Positions 38,423 through 48,306 of a stretch of 55,365 nt of DNA are shown here, one piece after another. Where the stretch lies: positions 1-55,365 of the IMG/VR virus record IMGVR_UViG_3300037722_000166; one strand, 5' to 3'. The first letter of the stretch is position 1; each line of letters begins with the position of its first letter. A program made the translations under genes and the position numbers. Source of the stretch: a virus. Its lineage: Duplodnaviria; Caudoviricetes. Below the pieces are notes generated by a model. It worked only from the letters and a program-made list of their open reading frames with translations, searched no databases and was not told where the DNA came from.

Positions 38423-41288
38423 AAAACGAATCTTATTTGTAGGAGAGGCTAGCAATCTCAGTACGGGCTTTTCTACGTACTATCGCGAGTTACTACCGCG
38501 TTTAGCTGCTACTGGCAAATTTGAAATTGCGGAGATGGGTTCGTATGTTCGTCAAGACGATCCAAAGGTCCACGAGTTCATTCAGGGCCGCTGGAAGTTT
38601 TATGGCGTAATGCCCATGACACAGGAAGAAGCTCAAGTTTTCAATCAACCGTCGCCGCACCCCAGAACCAGGGGCCAGAATACCAACCAATTTGGTGAGT
38701 ATAAGTTTAACGGTGTTCTTGCTGATTTTCAGCCTGATGTTGTTATCGATATCCGAGACTGGTGGATGTGTTTTACCGGCGACACAAGTATTGTTACTGA
38801 AAACGGATCATATCCCATTAAGGATGTTTCCGTTGGCGATAATGTATTGACCCACAAGGGGCGATATCGTAAAGTTGTTAATACCTTTAGTCGTAACTAT
38901 CAAGGCAAGCTTTACACGCTTCAGGCTTCGCATATAGGTATGCCCGTCACCATGACCGAAGGACACCCCGTTCTTGTTTTTAAGCGTAATAACAACAAAA
39001 CTACAAAGCTGCCATCCTGTTATGATATAAAGCCCGAATGGTTGCCTATCGAGCAAGTTGGCAAATATGATTTGGTGTTTTATCCTATTGCTCAATCGGA
39101 AGATTCTGAATACTGGAAAATCAGCGAGGATCTTGCTAGACTGATTGGGTATTATGCTGCCGAAGGATGCCTCATGTACGAGGGCATTAAAGCAAATAAT
39201 CGATTAAAAGGAATTCAACTAACTTTTGGTAATCATGAAATAGATTACGTACAAGATGTATGCGACATTATTCAAAATGAATTTAACATTGAAGCAAAGG
39301 TACGACACGATGACGTGAATAACACCCTAATCATTAGAGTTTTTAGTTGTGAAGTAGCAAAGCGTATTACTGATTTTGTGTCCGGTACTGCCAAAAACAA
39401 AAAATTCAATGGTCAGATTATTAACGCGGATCTAAATACTATTACTAATGTTCTTTGTGGTGTCTTGCGTGGTGACGGTTGTCTTGGAGCAAATCGTGCA
39501 TCTTATTGTACAGCAAGCGAAACATTGGCAAATCAAGTTTTTAGCTTGTTGATTAAATTAGGCATTATGCCTAGTTATAATCTGAATGACAATAAGCTAG
39601 ACGGTCAAGTTTACACTCGATACATTTTTTCTATTAGAGGTCAATCACTAGAGGGCTTTAGACGTATTTATTGTGATGGCGAATTACCGCTTTCCAAAGA
39701 TAAGACTCGCATGAATCATAAATTTGTGTTTTTAACTGTTAAAGACATACGAGTATCAGAGGGAAGCTGTGATGTATACAATTTTGAGGTAGAGGAAGAT
39801 AATTCATATGTAACATCATTTGCAGTACACAATTGCGAGTACCAAGAGCGGAGCGTCTTTCGTCCTTGGTACAAGTGGATTCCGATGCCTACCGTGGATG
39901 CCGAACCCCAGGCAGAGGAATGGATTAAGACATACGAGAATGCTGACATGGTATTGGCCTATTCCGACTACGGTGTTCACGCTCTACGTCGTCAGAGCCA
40001 ACTGACGCTCAACGGTAAGAGACAAATGCGTATCTTTCCGAAGGCAATGCGTCCCGGTGTAGATCTTGAGACTTTTAAGCCGATAGACAAAGAAGAGATT
40101 AGAGAACACTGGAATCTTAGTAAAGACAATCCAGTTATAGGCTGTGTGATGAGAAATCAGTCTCGTAAACTTTATCCTGACTTGATTGACGGATTCGCCC
40201 GCATGAAAGAGAAGTATAAAGGCACGAAGTCGGTAGATAAGGCGGTGTTGCTTATTCATTCTTCGTGGCCAGATAACGCTCACTCATACGACTATCCGCG
40301 TCATATCATGCGACTAGAGACAATGGATTGGATGCCTTACCACAGCAAGGGTATTCGTGGTAGTGTGTTACAATCTATGTTTTGTCACTCATGCCAAGAG
40401 CCTTCGGTAACGTTCGCGATGAACTTACATGGGAAGCCCGTGCAAGAGGGGCGTATTAAATTGCCGTGCCCGCATTGCGGCAAAACCGACGCTTCTCCCC
40501 CGGCCACTGCGAAGGGGTTCTCGCGAGAAGATCTTGCAAAGCTTTATAATCTGATGGATCTATATGTTCAATGTTCCATATGTGAGGGCGATGGCATGCC
40601 AATCCAGGAGGCTAAAGCTTGTGGCGTACCAACTTTGGTAACCGACTATACTGCTATGCGTGAGAAAGGGCGATATCCTGCCTATTCTCATTTTGAAGAA
40701 CTTGGATTCAATGAGGCTAATTATACTTGTCCTAAGGGGGGTGACGTAATTAATGTAGGACGTTATTATTATGAGCCCGAGACGAGTTGTAAGCGTGCTC
40801 ACCCCGATGTTGAACACTTGGCAGATCAGATGCACGATCTAATTACAGATCGCGAACGTCTTGAAAAAATGTCGCGAGAAGCTCGCGAATGTGCAGAAGA
40901 GAATTATAACTGGAATATACTGTGGAAGCAATGGGAATATGTTCTCGATAATGTTAAGATAAAGGATCGTTCCGAAACGTGGGATAGTCCCATCGGTGAG
41001 TCTGAGACCATTAAACCTATTGATGTGCCCAATGGACTCACCGATGAGCAGTATGTTGAATGGCTATATATAAATGTTCTCAAATATCCAGTAGTGGACC
41101 CGGATGGTGCAAAAACCTGGGTGCAGCATCTTGGCCTAGGTGTTCCTCGCGAACGACTTATGCAGCAGTTCGTTCAGATCGGTAATCAACAGTCTGATAG
41201 TAGTAAAATGCGAGATCAGATCCGACAACAAGTTTCGGGCTTTAAAAGCCCGAAGGAAGCAACTCGACGCAAGCAGGAGTTTATTTAA
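38412..41288 (+). CDS. GT-B (GT4-like) glycosyltransferase with intein, Zn-ribbon insert and C-terminal DUF4214-like domain
   Basis: KRILFVGE..TGF N-terminus, RNQSRK, SICEGDGMPIQEAKACGVP (Ex7E). Intein at 38769-39833. Confidence 0.88.
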   Translation: MNYKKRILFVGEASNLSTGFSTYYRELLPRLAATGKFEIAEMGSYVRQDDPKVHEFIQGRWKFYGVMPMTQEEAQVFNQPSPHPRTRGQNTNQFGEYKFNGVLADFQPDVVIDIRDWWMCFTGDTSIVTENGSYPIKDVSVGDNVLTHKGRYRKVVNTFSRNYQGKLYTLQASHIGMPVTMTEGHPVLVFKRNNNKTTKLPSCYDIKPEWLPIEQVGKYDLVFYPIAQSEDSEYWKISEDLARLIGYYAAEGCLMYEGIKANNRLKGIQLTFGNHEIDYVQDVCDIIQNEFNIEAKVRHDDVNNTLIIRVFSCEVAKRITDFVSGTAKNKKFNGQIINADLNTITNVLCGVLRGDGCLGANRASYCTASETLANQVFSLLIKLGIMPSYNLNDNKLDGQVYTRYIFSIRGQSLEGFRRIYCDGELPLSKDKTRMNHKFVFLTVKDIRVSEGSCDVYNFEVEEDNSYVTSFAVHNCEYQERSVFRPWYKWIPMPTVDAEPQAEEWIKTYENADMVLAYSDYGVHALRRQSQLTLNGKRQMRIFPKAMRPGVDLETFKPIDKEEIREHWNLSKDNPVIGCVMRNQSRKLYPDLIDGFARMKEKYKGTKSVDKAVLLIHSSWPDNAHSYDYPRHIMRLETMDWMPYHSKGIRGSVLQSMFCHSCQEPSVTFAMNLHGKPVQEGRIKLPCPHCGKTDASPPATAKGFSREDLAKLYNLMDLYVQCSICEGDGMPIQEAKACGVPTLVTDYTAMREKGRYPAYSHFEELGFNEANYTCPKGGDVINVGRYYYEPETSCKRAHPDVEHLADQMHDLITDRERLEKMSREARECAEENYNWNILWKQWEYVLDNVKIKDRSETWDSPIGESETIKPIDVPNGLTDEQYVEWLYINVLKYPVVDPDGAKTWVQHLGLGVPRERLMQQFVQIGNQQSDSSKMRDQIRQQVSGFKSPKEATRRKQEFI
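38769..39833 (+). mobile_element. Intein (355 aa) with LAGLIDADG homing endonuclease
   Basis: Starts CFTGDT, block B TEGHP, LIGYYAAEG and GVLRGDG motifs, ends VYNFEVEEDNSY...VHN followed by Cys +1. AT-rich. Confidence 0.95.
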
Positions 41289-41521
41289 TGAAAAAACAGA
41301 AGACTTTAGCAGAAAGATTTATGAGCTTATTGGATCATGCAGACGCCTTTAGTGTTCGTGAATATTTTGTTAGTTTAGGTACACCAGCAAATGGTGCTGA
41401 CTATATCATTTCTTTTAAGGACGAGTCACAACTATCGTTAACGTGGGTACGAATTGGGGATGAGATTGATGATATTTTAAGATTTCGTACTCCAGATAGC
41501 CTATGGAGATCGATAACATGA
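41288..41521 (+). CDS. Small hypothetical protein
   Basis: 77 aa, AGGAG RBS, TAATG coupling. Confidence 0.55.
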   Translation: MKKQKTLAERFMSLLDHADAFSVREYFVSLGTPANGADYIISFKDESQLSLTWVRIGDEIDDILRFRTPDSLWRSIT

Positions 41522-42762
41522 AATTACTTTATGTTGGCCCTTTGTGCGATTTTTCAGGATTTGCTACAGCTTCTAGAGGACTGTTAAGATCTATTATTGA
41601 AAATAAACAAATAGACGTTGTGGTCAGAAGCCTACAGTACGATCAGCTTGATCCAGGTCAAGAGTTCGAAACTCCAGACTGGCTTGAACCGCTCTTGAAA
41701 AAGGAACTACAGGGGATCGACATTGCTTTACAAATGACGACTTGTAACGTGGAGGCTGTGCCTATCCCTGGCATCCCGAACGGCCTGTACACCTTTTTCG
41801 AGACGGATAGACTCCAGATGTCGTGGGCCGCTAAGGCTAACGAGTTCGATTTCCTGATCGTACCGTCAAAGCACAATGCTCAGACGCTACTGAATTCTGG
41901 TGTACGCAAGCCCATTCTTGTGGCTAATCCTCCTTGTGATTCAGAAGAGTACGCCCGTGAACGTGAACCATTTGAGATTGCACAGGCTGGCGACCGCACG
42001 GTGTTCTACAACATCTGTCAGCTAAGCACAAAGAAGGGCATTGATGCCTTGCTACGTGCTTACTATGCTGCCTTTGCTGGCAACCCCGATGATGTACTAT
42101 TGGTCCTCAAGACTTATGTCAATATGCAGGGTCGCCAGCAAGACCTTGAAATGGTGAAGCAGTACATCCAGGGTGTCAAGGCTCGTTGCCGTATTCCTGT
42201 GCCGAACTTGCCGCCCGTGTTGCCGCTCGTCTATACGATGAGTGACGAAGACATCCATGCTTTGCATGTGCGTGGCGATGCGTACGTATGCTCTAGCCGA
42301 GCGGAAGGATGGGGTATTCCTGTCTTTGATGCTTTGGCACACGGCAAGACAGTGATCAGTCATGGTGCTGGTGGTCTTGGTGAGTTTGTGACCCGCGAGA
42401 ATGCACTTATGTATGGTGGTACTTCCGCGTTCTTCTATGACATGCCTCACGCTGATCCTGGACTCTTCACTGGTGTAGAGCAATGCTTTGAGCCGTCTCC
42501 TGTTGAAATGGCTCTGACCATGCGACACTTCCACTTGCTTCGCCAGGGTGCTGCCGCTGGTCAACTTGATGAAGCCAACCAAAAAGAATGGGAATCTGTT
42601 TTGCAGCGTCGTGAGAATGCTCGCCTTGTGGGCGAAAGGTTAGATTATAGGGCTACCAGTCCTAAGATCACGGAGCAGCTTGAGGCAGTCTTACGCTCTT
42701 GGAAGGAAACCGGAATGGCACGTTATAAGGAAGATGAAGTTTCATTGGAGGAGACTGTATGA
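41518..42762 (+). CDS. GT4-family glycosyltransferase
   Basis: MKLLYVGP..SGF N-terminus, KKGIDALL, SSRAEGWGIPVFDALAHGK. Confidence 0.88.
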   Translation: MKLLYVGPLCDFSGFATASRGLLRSIIENKQIDVVVRSLQYDQLDPGQEFETPDWLEPLLKKELQGIDIALQMTTCNVEAVPIPGIPNGLYTFFETDRLQMSWAAKANEFDFLIVPSKHNAQTLLNSGVRKPILVANPPCDSEEYAREREPFEIAQAGDRTVFYNICQLSTKKGIDALLRAYYAAFAGNPDDVLLVLKTYVNMQGRQQDLEMVKQYIQGVKARCRIPVPNLPPVLPLVYTMSDEDIHALHVRGDAYVCSSRAEGWGIPVFDALAHGKTVISHGAGGLGEFVTRENALMYGGTSAFFYDMPHADPGLFTGVEQCFEPSPVEMALTMRHFHLLRQGAAAGQLDEANQKEWESVLQRRENARLVGERLDYRATSPKITEQLEAVLRSWKETGMARYKEDEVSLEETV

Positions 42763-43409
42763 GTCGTAAACCACGCTCAACAAAATATCAAGTTAATCAT
42801 CATGCTTTTGATAAACTAACTTTGACATCTTGTTATTGGGCAGGATATATTGCTGCTGATGGTTGTATTAAAGACAAAAGTAATACCTACCCTAATTTTC
42901 AATTGAATTTTCACGTTAATCGGAGAGATAGACGACAACTATCTTTAATCAAGTGTTTTCTTCAAGCTAACAATCCTATCTATCACTATAATGATGGCTC
43001 TTGTGAACTATCCATCAATCAGTTAAACCATTTAGCGAATGTATTGAGGGTACGCTTTAATATTACAACACGCAAATCGTTGACACTAATGCCACCACTA
43101 ATTACTAATAATTTTGCATTGGCTTTTATTGTTGGTTATATTGATGGTGATGGATGTATACGTAAAGACAAGTATAAGCATAATATTTTGCATTTACGTG
43201 GCACACAAGAAGTTTTAAAGTGGATTTGTATGATTTTTGATAAACTAGATTCTGGCAATCATTATTGTACATCAAAACCTAGATTGCATGATGGCTACTG
43301 GAGTTATACTATTAGTGGCCATAGAGCTATTAGGATTCTTAATCAATTAAAGTCATTAGATATTCCCAAAATGCCACGTAAATGGAATAAGGTCAAAAAT
43401 GAACAATAA
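42759..43409 (+). CDS. Free-standing LAGLIDADG homing endonuclease
   Basis: YWAGYIAADG and FIVGYIDGDG. Related to 10616..11464. AT-rich. Confidence 0.88.
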   Translation: MSRKPRSTKYQVNHHAFDKLTLTSCYWAGYIAADGCIKDKSNTYPNFQLNFHVNRRDRRQLSLIKCFLQANNPIYHYNDGSCELSINQLNHLANVLRVRFNITTRKSLTLMPPLITNNFALAFIVGYIDGDGCIRKDKYKHNILHLRGTQEVLKWICMIFDKLDSGNHYCTSKPRLHDGYWSYTISGHRAIRILNQLKSLDIPKMPRKWNKVKNEQ

Positions 43410-44421
43410 TCAGTTTTATTATGTTAGTCAAATGCAAAGTATTGCCGAACGGGTTAATAAACCAGTTCGTATCATCCAATGTGTGCAAATGCACAACGAG
43501 GAAGAGTTCGCGGAGGCGGTACTATCCTCTGTCTACAACGAGGTAGATCGCATTCTTGTGATCGAGGGGGCTGTCGAGAACCGTCCCAACGCCACCGAGG
43601 ATGGACACTCGACTGATCGTACCGTAGAGATCCTCGCGGATTTCAAGGCCAATCGTGATCCTGACAACAAGCTCATCATTATCTCTATTCCTAAGCACTG
43701 GAAGAACCTAGAGGAAATGAAGCAGACGTTCTTGGATATGTCTGTGCCGGGCGACTGGATACTTATAAACGATGCTGACGAGTTTTACCATCCCGAGGAT
43801 ATCCGTAGACTCCGCAAGGCTATCGACTTGAATCCGCACGCTTGCGAGTTTGTTCCGAACTTCTTACACTTCTACGGTGACTTCAATCACGTCGCCGTAC
43901 CGGGGCCGGAATGGCAAATGCAACACCAACGTATCTTTAAATACGTGCGTGGCATGAAGTATAATTCGCATCCTGTTGTCACTGACCCGGCTGGTCACTG
44001 CACCTACTTCTCGCCTCATTATCAACACCGTCGCTTTGTATTTCGGAAGCCATTTTTTATCTATCATTACGGCTATGCACGCAGTAATATGAAAGACATC
44101 ATGAGACAGAAGCAAGAATACTATAAAAAAGAACTAGCGGCTCATGGAGCCGCTGATAAGAAGTTCGACAAGAAGGTAGAAGACTGGTGTGCTGACACAG
44201 AGCCGCTTTTATATTACGATGGTCCTCATCCTGATTGTATCAAAAACCTTCGTCCTCCTATGAGGGATCCTGGTTACAGTAGAACATCAATCAAGAATTG
44301 GCGAGAAGATCGTTTTTATCGCCAAGTTGTAAATCAAGAGGACTATGGGAATGTACATCTTTGTATGACCGGCCAAGCCACACCCCATATGCCGCACTAT
44401 CACAATGCAGTCGAGATCTAG
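43399..44421 (+). CDS. GT2-family glycosyltransferase
   Basis: HNEEEF, STDRTVEI, WILINDADE (DxD), IYHYGYAR. Confidence 0.85.
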   Translation: MNNNQFYYVSQMQSIAERVNKPVRIIQCVQMHNEEEFAEAVLSSVYNEVDRILVIEGAVENRPNATEDGHSTDRTVEILADFKANRDPDNKLIIISIPKHWKNLEEMKQTFLDMSVPGDWILINDADEFYHPEDIRRLRKAIDLNPHACEFVPNFLHFYGDFNHVAVPGPEWQMQHQRIFKYVRGMKYNSHPVVTDPAGHCTYFSPHYQHRRFVFRKPFFIYHYGYARSNMKDIMRQKQEYYKKELAAHGAADKKFDKKVEDWCADTEPLLYYDGPHPDCIKNLRPPMRDPGYSRTSIKNWREDRFYRQVVNQEDYGNVHLCMTGQATPHMPHYHNAVEI

Positions 44422-44634
44422 AAAAAGACCTATAGATAGGTTTTGTAACAAGTATGCTATAGACCCTAAAACTGGATGTTGGGAGACAGTCCTCCAGCTA
44501 GAAACGCACGAAAAACACATTGTAAACATGGACATCAGTTGAGTGGCGATAATTTGTATGTCCAGCCATCAACTGGATATAGATATTGTCGGACATGCAA
44601 AAGAGAATCAGAACGAAGGTGTAGAAAGAAATGA
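44405..44634 (+). pseudogene. HNH endonuclease remnant with the catalytic core deleted
   Basis: MQSRSRKRPIDRFCNKYAIDPKTGCW is joined out of frame at ~44481-44485 to GDSPPARNARKTHCKHGHQLSGDNLY...RYCRTC. Both ends match 50147..50713. Confidence 0.8.
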
Positions 44635-44738
44635 CAAATACAATTTGTGAAATCTGTAACTCATGGGAACACGAGTCGCGAATGTCACGCTGGCCCCTGT
44701 GTGGCGAAGCTCGCGTGGCTGCTGGCCTAGAGGAGTAA
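44631..44738 (+). CDS. Possible 35-aa Cys-containing peptide
   Basis: MTNTICEICNSWEH...LEE. ATGA overlap with the remnant and fills the gap to the next RBS. Confidence 0.3.
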   Translation: MTNTICEICNSWEHESRMSRWPLCGEARVAAGLEE

Positions 44739-44741
44739 GCT

Positions 44742-45110
44742 ATGAGTTTTGCAAGTGAATATACAGAAGCCTACAGGCTACCAAGGGGGACGACTGCTAC
44801 CCTTCAAGAGGTTGCCGCCGATCAAGTGATCGAACGCGGTGATCAGACGTTGCATCTACCCGACACATATAGCGTTGGTAGATTGTACCAGATTATCAAG
44901 ATGCGTGGTCTTGGCCGAGTCAAGGCTGCCATCTATGCTTTCAAGATGGTGCGGGAACTTCGTCGTCAGAAGATATTGATGAATGTACTATTCAGCGTGC
45001 CGGAAGATGCTGCGGATCAGTCTGCCGTACAGACCAAGCATATTCACCTATTCCCGGTGACCGTCAATCGTACCGTTGTCCAAATGACTGACACGGACAG
45101 ACATGTCTAA
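44742..45110 (+). CDS. Hypothetical protein
   Basis: 122 aa, GAGGAG RBS. Confidence 0.6.
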   Translation: MSFASEYTEAYRLPRGTTATLQEVAADQVIERGDQTLHLPDTYSVGRLYQIIKMRGLGRVKAAIYAFKMVRELRRQKILMNVLFSVPEDAADQSAVQTKHIHLFPVTVNRTVVQMTDTDRHV

Positions 45111-45963
45111 GATCTCCTACCTTGTATCGACCTACAATTCGGGTCACTTTCTGGACGCTCATCTAGCTGACTTGCTAGAGAAGCAGACCGATCCGGATTT
45201 CGAGATCGTTGTAGTCAACCCCAACTCCCCAAGTACGGATGGGTTGATCGCTCAAAAGTGGGCAGCAGTAGATGATCGCGTCAAGTATATCTACTGGCCC
45301 ACTCGCGAGCCCTACGGTGCTTCATGGCTAAGGGCGTGGCGGAATGCGACGGGCGAGTTCGTGATGAATTCTAACACCGACGACTTCCACGATCCCAGGA
45401 CTACCGAGCTAGTCTATCAGCATATGAAGATTGCCACAAGTCCGATGCACGCAGGCTCTAAGATTGCCTTCTGCTACGGCGGCATGACCGTTATCAATGA
45501 GCAGCGTCAGATCCAAGGAAGAGGGCTAAAACCAAGGTTCGATTTTGAGCTAATGTCCCGCGAGTGCTGGGCTGGACCGCAGGTTGCGTGGCGGAATGAC
45601 AAGGAATTCATAAGGGATTTGGACTGGAACCTGATGGATGAGCGAGGCGAGACACACAGGTCCGCATTCGACTACTGGCTTTGGCTTTACTTCATGAGTA
45701 AGGGCTATCACGGCCATGTCATCGAAGAGTTCCTTACGGACTATACACAACGTCCCGATTCTATTGAGAATAGCAACAAGTGGGCTAATAATTGGGAGAC
45801 TTACGCTTCCATTTCTGAGTTTTTCGGTCATAATTTCGATGGCAACTTGAAGCACGCGAGAGAATTCCGTGACTTCGGCAACTTACCGTCTAAGGACGAG
45901 TGGGTTGCAACGATGCAGGCAGGTAAGAAATGGCGAACATCAAAGCATGGTGGCACTGGTTAG
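45103..45963 (+). CDS. GT2-family glycosyltransferase
   Basis: KISYLVSTYN, FEIVVVN..STDG, ATGEFVMNSNTDD, DYWLW. Confidence 0.85.
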   Translation: MSKISYLVSTYNSGHFLDAHLADLLEKQTDPDFEIVVVNPNSPSTDGLIAQKWAAVDDRVKYIYWPTREPYGASWLRAWRNATGEFVMNSNTDDFHDPRTTELVYQHMKIATSPMHAGSKIAFCYGGMTVINEQRQIQGRGLKPRFDFELMSRECWAGPQVAWRNDKEFIRDLDWNLMDERGETHRSAFDYWLWLYFMSKGYHGHVIEEFLTDYTQRPDSIENSNKWANNWETYASISEFFGHNFDGNLKHAREFRDFGNLPSKDEWVATMQAGKKWRTSKHGGTG

Positions 45964-46358
45964 TGGCGAGGAGCTTGCTACGCGAGCTTGAGTCACAGAA
46001 AGATGCTACCGCATCCAACGCTCTCGAATGGGCTGCCGCCGATAGTCGTGCGGACGAGCTACGGATTGAAGTGAATGAACTTCGTAGGAAGGCCGCGATG
46101 TTGGGTAGTGAGCTAAAGTACGCTCAAGACTCTCGTACAGCCGACGCCGCAGCGGTAGCACAGGTCATCAACGAACGCATGGGGGCAGACAAAAATCTCC
46201 CGGGCAAGCTTGATCTACTGCGTCAACAACTCAAGCAGGAGTTGGCGTACATTGCTTACCTAGAAGAAAATCAGACCGCAGGCACTACTTTATTCAACGA
46301 CCTTCCTCTGGAAACCAGAAAGCAGTATTTCGAGCGAGTTGAAGGAAACGTACGATGA
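45930..46358 (+). CDS. Hypothetical coiled-coil protein
   Basis: 142-aa helical ORF overlapping both neighbours. Confidence 0.55.
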   Translation: MANIKAWWHWLVARSLLRELESQKDATASNALEWAAADSRADELRIEVNELRRKAAMLGSELKYAQDSRTADAAAVAQVINERMGADKNLPGKLDLLRQQLKQELAYIAYLEENQTAGTTLFNDLPLETRKQYFERVEGNVR

Positions 46359-46633
46359 AGATCATTCCTAAGCCCTGGGGCCGTGAACGAATCATTGAGG
46401 CAAACGACAAGTACGCCTTCAAGATTCTGGAAGTAGACCCCAGACAACGACTCAGCCTACAGTACCATGAGCAGAAGCGTGAAACCATGTACTGTATCTA
46501 CGGTTGTGGCACACTGTTCCTGAGTAACGACCAAGGCACCCGCGAAATGACTCTACTGCCTGGGCGTTTGGAAGACGACTACAGCCGTGGCACCGAAAAA
46601 GACTACCTGGACCCCTTTGATAATGGCAATTAG
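46355..46633 (+). pseudogene. Cupin (type II mannose-6-phosphate isomerase C-terminal-like) with an internal in-frame deletion
   Basis: KPWG, RLSLQYH..KRET and RLEDDY.R are present. The second cupin motif (..HR..) normally between LxPG and RLEDDY is absent. Confidence 0.65.
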
Positions 46634-47714
46634 AGTTCTACACTACCTCCGCAACCTTGGGTTGGGCGGCACGGAGAAGACCTGTCAACTGTTTTTCGAG
46701 CATGCTGGCAGAGACTTCGAGGTTATCCTAGTACACGAGGCTACCGGAGACAAGACCCGCCTGGAGGAATTCCAGAAGGGTGCCAAGGTTAGTATGGGCA
46801 AGATCATTGAGATTGACTCGTACTTTGGTTATCCACAGAGCACGCCCGATCCTCGTCCACTACAAGAGATCATTGATTTGGTCAAACCTGACATTCTGCA
46901 TGTCTACCGTAGCGGCTACGCAGAGTTCCCGGTGGGAGAGGTCGATGTCCCGCACGTTGTAGAAACCAATGTCTTCGGCCATCTTGATCCTAACCCCAAG
47001 ATTGACCGCACACTCTTTATGAGCAAATGGCTACACGACTATGCCCTCCGTGGCGTGCGGGTGCCGCCGCGACTCGCGAACAGATTTGATTTTGTCAACA
47101 ACCCCGTTGAGGCCCCGTACACAGACCGCCCCCTTTCCGGTATTTCAAGCAGAATGACTTGGCTAGGACGTTGTGGTCGTCCGGACAATGGCATCTACAA
47201 TTCCGTTAGTGTAGAAGCCGCTCGTCTACTACGTATGCAGGGCTACGAAGTTGGATTTCTGGTGGTGGCTCCCCCTAGTAACATGGTAAGAGACCTTGCG
47301 GACAATGAGATTCCATTCAAGGTGATCGAAGAAACTACCAATCCCTTGATTCTGAGTCAGTTTTACAATACCGTAGACATCTACGCTCATGCCAGGGCAG
47401 ATGGAGAAACGTACGGCGTAAATATCGCTGAGGCCATGATGCATGGTAAGCCAGTAGTTACTCATATTGCTACACCATCCGTACCAGGAATGGGGGTGTT
47501 TCAATCGCAAACAGAATTGGTAGATAATGGTTTAACAGGATTTGTTTGTTCTAACGATCCAGTAAATTATATGTACTTCTTAAAGCTTTTGATTGATGAT
47601 TCTAAACTTAGAAATGAGATGGGAATGGCGGCTTACAACAAGGCAATGAAAGAGTGTCATGTAGATGTGTGCCAGGAGAAGCTTGAAAAGATTTATAGGG
47701 AAGTAGTAAAATGA
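46623..47714 (+). CDS. GT4-family glycosyltransferase
   Basis: RVLHYL..LGLGGTE, AHARADGETYGVNIAEAMMHGKPVV. Start placed at ATG 46623. Confidence 0.88.
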   Translation: MAIRVLHYLRNLGLGGTEKTCQLFFEHAGRDFEVILVHEATGDKTRLEEFQKGAKVSMGKIIEIDSYFGYPQSTPDPRPLQEIIDLVKPDILHVYRSGYAEFPVGEVDVPHVVETNVFGHLDPNPKIDRTLFMSKWLHDYALRGVRVPPRLANRFDFVNNPVEAPYTDRPLSGISSRMTWLGRCGRPDNGIYNSVSVEAARLLRMQGYEVGFLVVAPPSNMVRDLADNEIPFKVIEETTNPLILSQFYNTVDIYAHARADGETYGVNIAEAMMHGKPVVTHIATPSVPGMGVFQSQTELVDNGLTGFVCSNDPVNYMYFLKLLIDDSKLRNEMGMAAYNKAMKECHVDVCQEKLEKIYREVVK

Positions 47715-47944
47715 CTAGCATTCAGACTAAATTTTATGGAGTCAAAGAAGTTACAGTTTATTTAAGCAAGAAAGATCTTATAGACCTAGCTTTTACTTAT
47801 TTAACTGATGAACAGAAGAGTTTTTTCATAGAGAAAGACTTTGAAATCAATGAAGAAGGATTTAATCTTGGTCATGTCAGTAGCATGCGTGAACACATTA
47901 AGGTTCTTTTTTCAAGAAAGGAAGAAGTTAGTGAAAAAGCGTAG
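47711..47944 (+). CDS. Small hypothetical protein
   Basis: 77 aa, ATGA overlap, AT-rich. Confidence 0.5.
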   Translation: MTSIQTKFYGVKEVTVYLSKKDLIDLAFTYLTDEQKSFFIEKDFEINEEGFNLGHVSSMREHIKVLFSRKEEVSEKA

Positions 47945-48161
47945 TTGGGATAAACGTATTCAAGAACTAAAAGAACTTGAAGACGGTTGGCTCGATGGCG
48001 ATGGAAAGAAGCCCACTAAGGCTGCGTGGGACAAATTTGGAAAAATGTGTATTTTTCCTACACAAGATGGTGGCCTTTCGATAGAATTTGCTGGTGATGG
48101 TCCATTTATAGAAATTAAGCCAGAAGGTGACTTAATAGGTGGAGTATTTCTAGATGAATAA
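47931..48161 (+). CDS. Small hypothetical protein
   Basis: GTG start after AAGGA. LKELEDGWLDG...IFPTQDGGLSIEF. Confidence 0.5.
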   Translation: MKKRSWDKRIQELKELEDGWLDGDGKKPTKAAWDKFGKMCIFPTQDGGLSIEFAGDGPFIEIKPEGDLIGGVFLDE

Positions 48162-48264
48162 CAAGCACCATATTAACGACATCATAGTTGTTATTTGTGT
48201 TATTTTAGTACTTATTTTGTATCTTTTATTTTTGATAAAATGTGGACTATTGTTGATCGACTGA
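48154..48264 (+). CDS. 36-aa single-pass membrane peptide
   Basis: MNNKHHINDIIVVICVILVLILYLLFLIKCGLLLID with GGAG RBS. Below the ORF-track cutoff. Confidence 0.45.
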   Translation: MNNKHHINDIIVVICVILVLILYLLFLIKCGLLLID

Positions 48265-48306
48265 TTTTTTGGGTGGTAGCTTGGAGTGATTTTGGAGACG
48301 GATACA

